Source of the DNA: Enoplolaimus lenunculus
Taxonomy: Eukaryota
Direction: 5' to 3'
NCBI GenBank assembly: GCA_030248215.1
Contig: JASANG010003930.1
Location: 496,001-560,000, forward strand
DNA length: 64,000 nt
Positions 1 through 10,444 of this stretch are shown here, piece after piece (position 1 is the stretch's first letter; each line of letters opens with the position of its first letter). The notes beneath the pieces were generated by a model. That model was given only the letters and a program-made list of their open reading frames with translations. It ran no database searches and had not been told where the DNA came from. A program made the translations under genes and the position numbers.

Positions 1-1078
1 TAACTATTCATTTATCGGTTTTGGAGGTTTGTAAGCAATTTTCTCAGATTTCTCGCACCCAAAAACCTTTCGCCACCCAAATAATTATTGGAATAATTCA
101 AAAAGTCCTAATTTTGTCTCGTCAATTAAGCAAATATGCAAATTATGTATTAGCTAACTATTCGACAATTGCTTTTAAAGGTCTTCAGACAATTTATTCA
201 GATTCCTCGCACCCAAAAACCCATTATTGCTGAAATTAGATTGCTTGTAACCCTAATAATTAGTGAAACATTGTAAAAACGCCTAATTTAGGCTTATCAA
301 TTATACTTATATGCAAATTATCTATTAGCTAACTTCTCAATTATCGGTTTTTCGGTTTTACGACGTTTGTAAACAATTTATTCAGATTCCTCGCACCAAA
401 ACCTTCAGTAAACCCTATTTATTGAAATAATTCAAAAAGTCCTTGTTTTGTTTTGTCGATTAAGCCAATATGTAAATTAACTATTAGCTAACTATTCAAT
501 TATCGGTTTGGGATGCTTGTAAACAATTTATTCAAATTCTTCGCACCTAAAAACCCTTTATTGCTGAAATGATATTGCTTTTAACCTCAATAATTAGTGA
601 AATATTGTAAGAAGTCCTAATTTAGGCTTACAAACTACGCTAATATGCAAATTAACCATTAGCTAACAACACAATTATCAGTTTTGGAGGTATGTAAACA
701 GTTTACAGAGATTTCTCGCACCCAAAAACCCGTTAATGCTAAAATTAGATTGCTTCTAACTGAAATAATTACTGAAATATTGTGGAAAGTCCTAATTTAG
801 GCTTAATTAATTATGCAAATTAGCCTGTAGCTAATAAACGGCTTAAAATTTTAAAACCCCAATGCGAGGTTAACACCCTAGAATAATTGGCTTTCAAACA
901 AAAAAAGTTTATGAAAATCGGTTCAGCCGTTCCTGAGATTCTTTTCGGACGGACAGACGGACAGACGGACAGACGGACAGACGGACGGACGGACATCCAC
1001 CTTTCGACCCGCAAGTACAAAACATAAAACGCTTCGCGAAACTCCGAGCTTCGCTCGGAGTTTCGCTTCGCTCAATAA
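1..1078 (-). mobile_element. DINE-1/HINE-like non-autonomous Helentron derivative, copy 1 (truncated by window start)
   Basis: Sub-terminal GCTTCGCTCAA at 1065-1075, a 14-bp-stem hairpin at 1036-1066, a (GGAC/AGAC)n microsatellite at ~947-995, and ~150-185 bp internal tandem units. Near-identical to the complete copy at 18812-19823. Confidence 0.75.
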
Positions 1079-1727
1079 GATGTCTATGAAAACTATATTA
1101 CATTATTAATACCCTAACGAGTATTATGATTTATACACAAATCATGGAATGAATATCAGTATCATTATATATCGTGATTCAACAACACCGGATCGTCCAG
1201 CTGCATAGTTTCCACAGTTCTTCAATATCGAAAAGCATCTGAATTTACGACTAAACAGCATTAGTATCCCTCTGGTCCAATATTTATTCGCTATAAATTT
1301 GTACCGAACCTGATCAACATAAAATGCTTAGTTTCCAATCAATTTAGCCAAACCAGACGGTTCCAGCTGTCAAAACTAAAAACCGCATTAGCATTGTTTG
1401 GAATTTGCTGTGTGTAGAATTGTTCGAAGGTAAGTTTTGACACCCTGGTAATGTTCTGTGTACATTTAGAATTGCCTTCCGGATAATAAACCTAAAGATG
1501 TCCAACTGTAGAAGTATATGCTATAAAAACTGACTCAAAACAACGACGTGCAATTGTATATCCATTTTGCCTTGTCGTTCCTGACGATTCTAAATTAGGT
1601 ATAGTGTTCCAATAACATTGTCACAAACTTGTCGACTATTTTTAAATTTTATTATCACTCAAATTTAAATGGAGTCGATTTAAAATCACGAAATATCGGT
1701 AGCTGCGTTATTATAACAAATTAGTTG

Positions 1728-2086
1728 TCAATTGTTGACCGCCGCAACATGATTTGCGATTGCAGCAGCGTGACATGGACATATTGATCGACACGGGCAA
1801 ACACCAAAACTGTGATAGCCGGAAGACGTTTGACATGACATAGTCCCAATGAATGATCCAGGATGATCATGATGTAGTTGTGAATGACCTACAAGCGGCT
1901 GATTTCCAAATATTGTCGAATTCAATAATGAACCAATCGGAGTTGGAACAAGCACTGATTGTGGTGTCGGGCGACTTAACGGCGGAACTACGGCTATTCC
2001 TGGATACAAATTGCCGGCGGCTGCTCCAGCTAGTAAAGTTGGAGATTCCTTCGATAGTGAACTTGTCAGTGTTGGAAGTGGTAGCC
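1728..2086 (-). CDS. mab-3: DM gene terminal coding exon
   Basis: Acceptor TTTTCAG; phase-1 entry joins ORF 1728-2009 through to its TGA. Confidence 0.78.
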
Positions 2087-5000
2087 CTGAAAATATAGTG
2101 AAAATAGCTCAATGTAGCTCCTAGTCAAAGTAAACCATGTCTTTTTATTGCACTTAAATAAGATAATTGGTTTTGTTTTATATTTTGCAAAAAATCAAAC
2201 CGAAAATACGCAAGAAGCAATAAAAGAGTAAGGCCGTCAGAAATAATAAACCTTTCCGCGCCCAGTTTCAAGTTTTTTACCAGTGATATATACATTCTAA
2301 GCTAATGCAATACCCTACAGCACCCGTCAAAAAACATTTGCTGCGGTTTAACAGTGGGTACCAGATCCTAGTTGCTAATATTGCTAATAGAATAATACTT
2401 TGAAGTATGTTTTTGAAGTAAAGTCGTGTATCATCATCCGGGCCTATTCTACAAGTAGGACCATTTACAGATTCCTGCGGTGCAACTGATAGGAACATTT
2501 TCGTGATTTGGTGTAGACAACTTTGCACTGTGCCACACATATGAACAAAAACTGTCCAACCTTAAATATTTCGCCACAAAATGTTAGATCTGTAAATGAT
2601 CTGTATACCCAAACCTTGCATTCCCTATCTACTTTCTGTACAGTTGCGCCTCCACGCTTATATACTAAGGCTTTAGCTTGGGCTTAGATTTAAGAAAATC
2701 TTTGCCTAAAACTTTGCCTTAGTCTAAGACTTCCTTTCCTTAATGAGGGAAAGTTATAAGCTTTTGCCTAGGCCTAAGCGTAACGTGTTATTCTTAGAGC
2801 GGCGGACAGTTGTAAGCCTTTGACTAAGCCAAAGCCAAGCCTTATCCTTAAGACTTTTCCTTACAGAGGCGACAAGGGTGAAAATTATAAACCTTTGCCG
2901 AAGTCTTTTCGTTAACGAGAAAAAAAGTTATAAACCATTGGCTATGTCTAAGCTCTAGCGTTATCCTTAAAAAGGTGGGGATTTGCAAGCTTTTGCCTAA
3001 TCCTTGTCCTTAAATAAGGGGAGAGTTGTAAACCTTTACCTAAACTAAGGCGTTAGCCTTAGCCTTATCCTTACAGAGGGAAAGAGTTGTAAGCGCAAGC
3101 GCTTGCTTAAACCAAAGCCGTATCCTGAATCACTGAGAGTTGCAAGCCTCTGGCTAAACCTAAGCCAAAGATTAAAAGTTTATCGTTAAACAGCATTGAG
3201 AGTTATAAAAACAACTCACCTAGAGAAGGCGGTTGAAAATGACGTGTAGAAACAACACTCGATGGAAGTACAAACCGATTCACAAGCGAATGATGAATGA
3301 AACTTTGCGGAAGTTGTGGTGCTGGTTGTGGCTGTTGTTGCGCTGGTAACGGTGGTATTTGATTATTCAGTAGCGGCTGCTTTTGATGGTCAAAACCACA
3401 TGTTGATTGCACCTTTGTCGTTGCTGCTAATCGACCAGCTAATGATGTTTCAGTTTCTGCAAGCTTATCAGTCGGTATGACGTTAAAATCTTTGGTTGCA
3501 CTTAATAGAGCCGGTGCAGTCGCCGCAATCTTTGCCGGTGGCTCAGTAAAGTCATCTAAAACATTTATTTATTTTAAGTAAACTATTTAAGATACGGCAT
3601 TTACCGATGAACATCGGATATCCGGAAGATATTTATAAAAAAATTCAGATATGTGTCCGCAACGAAATATACATGGATATCCGGACAAATATCCTTCAAA
3701 AAGAGCGGATTTTTGAATCCTACAAAATATCCGATGCCTCTCGCTGCTAATAGTATTATTGTGGCTGGCAGAATTAGATTTGTTGCGTTTTAAAACCATG
3801 TCGTTAGACAGAAAACATTTCTGTATAGATGCACAAAAAATTAAAATACAAATCAACTTGTATTTATGTATTTTTGGGGTACAAAATTAAACCAAACCCA
3901 AACCGAGTCGGGCCCATAGATATAAGGGGAACAGCTGTGGAGGTACTCGTTTCCCCGGAAAGAAATTTTGCATTCACCCATATAGCAAAGTTGAGCTATG
4001 CTTGTAACTTGTTTTTCAACCGCGTGCCCCTCGTAAATTGATGGTGCTGGTATGCTACGCCAACCTCCAATTGCTATGCAAATATAAACCTTATGTGGCT
4101 TGTATTTAGCAAATAGTCGTTCTATAAGTGGAAAATGATTCGCGCAAAACAAACACTGGCTTGGGCTTCGACTATGGTAAACACTGGCTAACAGCACATA
4201 AAGGCAATGGTGCACCTACTTTGTTTGTCCCCAACATCCGGTTGACGAGGCTACGGGCTCGCAAACCAGGTACGTATATTACACTTACCTTCAGAATTGA
4301 TCAAAGGTGGAAGAGCCAATCGTGGAATAGGACGAACAATTTTTGGCTGTGGTGATTTGCTGCCAGCAATACTGATTTGCGGACGTAAAACAATTTGTGC
4401 CGTTGATTTTGCGTGATCTGCCGTTGATGATGTACAACGTCCTCCAGGGCTTGTGGGTATTGAACCTTGTGGTGATACCGAGTTATCCGGCCATCGTTGT
4501 GGAACTCCTATCAAAGATTGCTGTCGAATACTACCACCATTCATCTGAGACGTTAAACTTTGCAAACAACGGTTACCGGTTTGACCAATAAAACCTGCTG
4601 TTGACAGTACGATATTGTCATTAGTATCTTTAAGCAACGTGTCGCAGTCGGTTTCGATGCTGCCTTGAACAAATTTGCCGCCCGAAAGTTGCGATATCGG
4701 TTTAAATAACGTTTTTGTGTTCTGTGTACCAAAAAATTTGTTCATACCATAACCTGCAGTGATATCGTTTGGAAGCTGGGATGCTGAAAAATAATCAGCA
4801 CCCAAACTTTTATTCTGATCAACTTTTTTAGCGGCAACAGCGTTAGCGCGTAGAGATGCTAAATGCCCCTGCATGGTCGCAATATATAAATTATAATCAC
4901 TTTGTTTATAACATCCGGCGTTACTTATTGAATTGTTTCGCTGTGATGTTTCTGTTACAGTGTCGGCAAGCGGTTTTGTTGAGAATCGCATTGTAGGCGG

Positions 5001-5622
5001 AACAGAAGACGAAGGTAGAATTTCAGTTCGGCGCAGATTCGTGACTATTTTTGTTGGTTCTAGGGATGGTAAAACATTCGCATTGATTTCAAAGTTGCCC
5101 GGTGAAGTGTCTAATGAACAACTAATTGCTGATTGCTTTTCATCTTGCCGGCTGTCAGATTTTGTTGACGGTGGTGAGACAACGACTGGTGTAGTGTCAC
5201 AGCAATCATCGGTCATCGTTTGAGGCAAGCTTGGTCTAGGGGTTGAAGATTCAGTGGTTGCGTTGCTTACAAAATTATTTGTTTTTGGTTCCGCTAATTC
5301 TATTTGCGATCGATCTAGCTTCTGCTGTAGTAGACGTTGTTCGTGTAGTTCTGCTTGTTTTTTGGTTTCATCTTCTTCTTGTTGCTTATTTTTACCATCT
5401 TCTTCTTGTTGCTTATTTTTACCATCTTCTTTTTGTTGCTTATTTTTACCATCTTCTTCTTGTTGCTTATTTTTACCATCTTCTTCTTGTTGCTTATTTT
5501 TACCATCTTCTTCTTGTTGCTTATTTTTACCATCTTCTTCTTGTTGCTTATTTTTACCATCTTCTTCTTGTTGCTTATTTTTGCCATCTTCTTCTTGTTG
5601 CTGGTGGTTATTTTTATTTCCG

Positions 5623-5654
<32 letters not shown>

Positions 5655-6787
5655 TTGTTGTTGTTGTTGTTGTTGTTGTGGTTGTTGTTGTTGTTGTTGT
5701 TGTAGTTGTTGTTGTCGCTGATGTTGTTGCTGCTGTTGCTGCAGTTCTTGTAGATGTTGTTGCAATTGCTGTTGTTTTTGTTCCTGTTGTTGCGCTTGTT
5801 GCTCTAGCTGTTTTAGTTCGATTGTATCTTCGACAGATGATAGCAACTGCTGCTGTTGTGGATGCAATTGTTCATTTGCCTTATCCGAATGATGTGTTTC
5901 CATTGCCTGCGCCAAAGGTTTAGGACTTGAAAACGCACTACTATATTTGTCGTGCCTTAGCTCAATTGCCAAACAACTTTGCGATGTAATAACTGGTGCT
6001 GAATGATGCTGCTGACTTAGATTCGTTGTTAATGCCAAAGACACCTCGTTGGAGGCTTCGTTGTAATCATCCCTGATATTATTCGTTGTTGGGCGTCCAC
6101 TAACTTCCATTTTTGACTGTTTTTCGGAATGCAACTTCAGCGTCAGTTGTTCACGCCATTGTTTTGGGGCAACGGTCGACACATCCGATGTTGCTCTTGG
6201 CCGCGCTGGCTGAAATTTATGGTATTGTTCCAAAAGTGTCGACGACGACACAGTTGGCGTCTGTATGAGATCAGTAACACTTCGACGAGATGCACTTGTA
6301 GGATTCAAAGAAAATCTTAAATCTCCACATGTCACAGACAGGTTACCATCGTTCGGTTGAACTTCTGCTGGTTCAGCACAGCTTTTCCGCTTTCGTTCCA
6401 AAATCAACGGTGTCACTTGAGTGTCAAGTTTGGCCAATGATGTTAGCCTATGTGGTGCGCTATTACCATCTTCAGATATATTCGGTAACCCTAATTCTGG
6501 CATAGTCTGTATTTCAGCTTCATCGTGTATTAATGTCTGGTCCGCTGCGATAATTCGTTTGATTTTGTCTGCTGTAGAACGACTACTTACTAAAATTTCG
6601 TCCATTTTTGTGACTTCAATTTCTTCATTCGAGCCAGATATTTTCGAACGCATTGTTTCGCTACAGTTGTTCAATCGCTGACCTTCTTTACAGTCACCGG
6701 CATTTGTAAGTTGCAACCGGTGCTTTGTTTGTTGCTGTTTAACGAGACCTTCAAAATCATGTTGTAGTGTCTGATCGAGCTGTAGCG

Positions 6788-6867
<80 letters not shown>

Positions 6868-9800
6868 GCTGTTGTTTGCACAGTCGCCTCTGGTGCTATA
6901 ATACATTTTGGAAGTTGATTCGGCAAATCTGTTATTTGATGTTGGTTCATTGATTGTTGCTGTTGGTGGTGTTGTTGTTTCTGTTGTTGTGGTTGATCCT
7001 GCAATTTTTGTTGTTGTTGTTGTTGTTGTTGTTTTTGTTGTTGCTGTTGTTGTTGTTGTTGTTGTTGTTTTTGTTGGTGAGGTTGTGACGGTTGTAATTG
7101 TAGGGATTGCTGATGATAAAAATCTCGCGGTTGTGGTTGTTGTTGTTGCTGCTGCTGCTGCTGTTGTTGTTGTTGTTGCAGCTGTTGAAGTTGATGTTGT
7201 TGTTGCTGGTGCAGCTGCAACTGCTGCGCTCGTTGTATATGTGGATCAAACGGCATCATTGGAATTAGATGAGGCTGTAGTCCCGGTCGAGGATGATGTA
7301 TTACTGGAGGTGCAGTATAAAGCTGAGTTGGTATTCGTGGCTGTTGTGTGGGTCCTCCGAACAATTGTTGACGATGGAAGTTAAATGCAGCCGTGGCAGC
7401 TGCTGTTGTCGTATGGAAATTGTGGACCAATGGCGGCTGCATTCGATGATGCAACGGATGTTGCTGCACCTGTTGCGGTTGTTGCTGCTGATGATGATGT
7501 GCGACCACTACATGTGCTAACGACCGTGTTGCCTGTTGTTTGCGACGCAGCCAAACTTGTGTTTTCATTACTTTTCGACGTTGACCAACTAAGCTACACG
7601 GTTTACATTCAGCTGAATGGGCATCAGAATCGTACGGACATTTGCGTTTGTGACCCTGAAACCAAAATTAAATATTTGCTGCATGATCAGGAGAAGTGAT
7701 GTATTCAGAAATTTCTGACGTATGCCACGCGATATGCAATAGTGAAGAAAGCTCGCAACAAACTTTAGTACCAAATGTTAATACAAAATTTTGGTTGTCA
7801 TCGCTATTTCTTGGCAATCAATGGTTTGGATGCCCTGTTGGATATGTCAAAATATAGTCAAGGCAATGAAAGCCTACAAAGCAATGGACGAAACTAAGCT
7901 TGCGTGCAACAATGAATCGAGTATAACCAGGGCGTCATTCAAGGAATGCAGAATACTTAATGTTGTATAATTATTTTGTTCCAAATAGTATTCAATATAA
8001 CATTACTATACATACATACGTAGCCATATCTTAGGTATTTATTTTATAAAAGCCCTTTGTACAAGAAATACGGCCGTGATGAAACTTTATATGTTATTAT
8101 TGTTTCAATGTCAAATACTATTGGAAAACCCTGAGAAGTTGATCTCTACAACTTCACATCAATACATAATAGGCATACCGAACTCGAACTTACCTTTAGC
8201 GGCTCGTCAAATCCGTGAATTTTACACTTTGTACAACGCGGATTTCGAATTTTTTTATCAGATCCACTATTTCCTCCGTCACTAGATTCGCTGCCAATAT
8301 CTGCAAGTACAGCTTCATTATCACCGTTGAATACTTTTTACATCGGACAAAATTTTTCCTTAAGACTTACCACCAGAACAAAACGGTTTATATATAACAT
8401 GTCATCCTCAATTAAGCCCTATTCACACGGGCAAACTTGTACTGCGAGAACTTGCAGCTGCAAATTGTACGCAGAACTAGCGTTTTTTTCATCCGCCAAT
8501 CAGAAAGCGGCTGCAATAAATTCAGTGAAATTGCATGGTTATTCACACATGTGAACTAAATCCTTAGCTATGATTGTTAATAAATTATTTGCAGCTGCAC
8601 GTTTTTCGAACGGGGTTTTGGACATAACTTGCAAGTGCAAGTTGCAGTTGCATGTTCTTCGCAGCAAAAACTTGCAGGCGTGCATAGGGCTTTACTAACA
8701 TAAAATCATTCGAAACTAATCATATACATTATCAGTTCAGAATTTAGATCAAAGTAGGCATCAGGTTTAGGAAGTTGTGAACTAGCGAACGGGTCCTGAT
8801 CATATTCAGCGCAGTTTCTTTTTTAAAATTAAAATAAAATGATCTGACCTTAAAACTCGAAAACAAACCAAATTTTTTAAACATTTTTCGATTTGATTTA
8901 TTGATTTCGTTACTTGTCACAACCGCCCGTGCAACATTTAACGACATTAAAGTTATAGCCGAAATCCTAAAGCTTTAGATGGGTATGAATTTGCTTTTTT
9001 TAGCAAAATGTCTACAATTTAAGATAAATTTATTCAGTTTCATTCAAACTCAAACGAGCAGATTACTGTAGATGAGCTAGTTTAATGGTGAGTCAGTAAA
9101 ATATAGTTATAAAGTCACAGTACCCAGCCTGACAAATCAATCCAACTTAAGTAAATACTTCAGTTTTTAATCAAAAACAACTTCATAAATGTAGCCTTTG
9201 AGTTAGTGTCATGACAAGGAAACCATAGATTCTCTATACCTATATATCACAAACTCATCATGGGTGTACAATTTCAATTGGGCCAAAGTTAATATGTATG
9301 AATTGTTCGTCTGTAACACATCAAGTTTGGTCTGTGACTTACATATCTTTACTTCACTTAAGTAAGCTTTTAGACTGATAATTTGGTTAAGTGTTTCCTT
9401 TGCTCAACATATACCTACTCAAGCACGAAGTCTTACCTGTAGGGTTTCAGAAGACTGTGATAGTTTTGTTTTAGTTTTTAGGTTGAAACATATTTGAGTG
9501 TGGCACAGCCACCTACAAGGACCAGCTAATGACTAATAAACTTAAAAATATTTAAACGCAACGCCACGCACTAGGGAACAGGGGGGTCTGGTGTGTTGAG
9601 TCGATATCTCTGCAAAAATACAGCAGTGTCGCTAACAACTGTAAAGCCCACCCAAACAAAAAGTTCCGTGATGGAAGTTAAAACATTTATACAACGAGCA
9701 AAGCTTGTTGACTCGCAAAAATGGGAATCCTTAATCCTTACATACCAGAGCGGCCCGTAACAAATTGTTGGACCCGTGTTTGACATTCTTGCAGAAATAT

Positions 9801-10444
9801 CGTTCTCGCGTCTCTGGGCAACGCTTACCTGCATCGCCTTCGATATCAACGATTTCCGATTCATCATCATCCAACATTAGGATCATTGGAATTTTCGCGT
9901 CCTCATTGCGATTTGTCGCCGCCACTTTCGACATTGCGTTCGTTGAATTTATTGTTGTAAAGCTATCAACCGTCGCGAGTGATACCGGGCCTCCAAGCCT
10001 TGTTCCACCACCACCGCCACCACAACGTTTTTCACGTTCGATTCCTTGAATTCCTTGATTCAACAGCCGCCTTTCGTCGACCAGTCGGCATTCTTGACAT
10101 TCTAACGAATGAAATGGATTACGAAATTGACATTTGTGTGATTTTCTTGGAATTTCCAATCCATGATTGAGACAGCGTTGACAGAAATAATTTCGACTGT
10201 TAACGCTGTTGTTGTGGTTGTTGTTGTTGTGGTTGTTGTTGTTGTGGTTGTTGTTGTTGGGATTGTTGTTGTTGCCAATAGTTGCAGATGTTGGTGTTAC
10301 GTCGGAGAGCGATTTTGAAATCAGTGTACCAGAATATTCGAGTCCAGGCGCTAGATTCGGCGACGTCTGATTCAATTGTGACGAGCGAGCAGTAGTCAAC
10401 GCAGCAGCAGGTAACGGATGCCCAAGCGCAAACGATTCCAACAT
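1728..10444 (-). CDS. mab-3: MAB-3/Doublesex-like double-DM-domain transcription factor; 5 coding exons (10444-9829, 8300-8194, 7655-4289, 3555-3220, 2086-1728), ~1594 aa
   Basis: DM1 is RNYFCQRCLNHGLEIPRKSHKC...CQECRLVDERR. DM2 is IRNPRCTKCKIHGFDEPLK|GHKRKCPY...CKPCSLVGQRRKVMKTQVWLRR. All four introns are GT-AG with consistent phases (1,0,1,1), summing to 4785 nt. The symbol denotes family resemblance; strict orthology versus dmd-3-like genes is untested, and upstream exons are possible. Confidence 0.88.
2660..3185. repeat. Degenerate intronic minisatellite (~50-60 bp units) containing GCCTAA/TTAGGC-like hexamers
   Basis: Recurrent ttaa..gagggg..agttgtaagc/aaccttt(t)gcctaagcc units. Confidence 0.55.
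3220..3555 (-). CDS. mab-3: DM gene coding exon 4
   Basis: Acceptor TTTTAG, donor CTAG|GTGAGT, phase 1-1, open frame containing ORF 3203-3412. Confidence 0.78.
4289..7655 (-). CDS. mab-3: DM gene coding exon 3 (second half of DM2 plus long low-complexity region, 3367 nt)
   Basis: Acceptor TTTCAG|GGTCAC; in frame with ORF 4251-7568; donor GAAG|GTAAGT at 4289/4288. Confidence 0.85.
5368..5601 (-). repeat. Coding 27-bp tandem repeat (QQEEDGKNK x8 plus a partial unit)
   Basis: Unit ttgttgcttatttttaccatcttcttc repeated almost perfectly. Confidence 0.95.
6787..6867 (-). repeat. Pure (GTT)27 microsatellite encoding poly-Thr
   Basis: Uninterrupted trinucleotide run, read as ACA/Thr codons in exon 3. 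Confidence 0.95.
8194..8300 (-). CDS. mab-3: DM gene coding exon 2 (first half of DM domain 2)
   Basis: Acceptor TTGCAG and donor AAAG|GTAAGT; encodes DIGSESSDGGNSGSDKKIRNPRCTKCKIHGFDEPLK. Confidence 0.88.
8415..8691. mobile_element. PIF/Harbinger (Tourist-like) MITE; related copies at ~40820-41053 and ~12637
   Basis: TIR AGCCCTATTCACACG...CGTGCATAGGGCT, TTA target duplication, palindromic body. Confidence 0.7.
9829..10444 (-). CDS. mab-3: DM gene coding exon 1 (polyN tract, DM domain 1)
   Basis: ORF 9731-10444 with donor GCAG|GTAAGC at 9829/9828. Confidence 0.88.

Noticed and set aside
5368..5601. CRISPR-like periodic repeat
   Set aside because: Units are contiguous with no unique spacers, lie in a eukaryotic coding exon, and no cas genes are present.
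4933..7699. Plus-strand ORFs rich in poly-V, poly-C and poly-L
   Set aside because: They are antisense shadows of the CAA repeats and VNTR in the DM gene exon.
9731..9828. C-terminal part of the 237-aa ORF as constitutive coding sequence
   Set aside because: A strong donor at 9829 splices in phase to exon 2, so the tail is most likely intronic.
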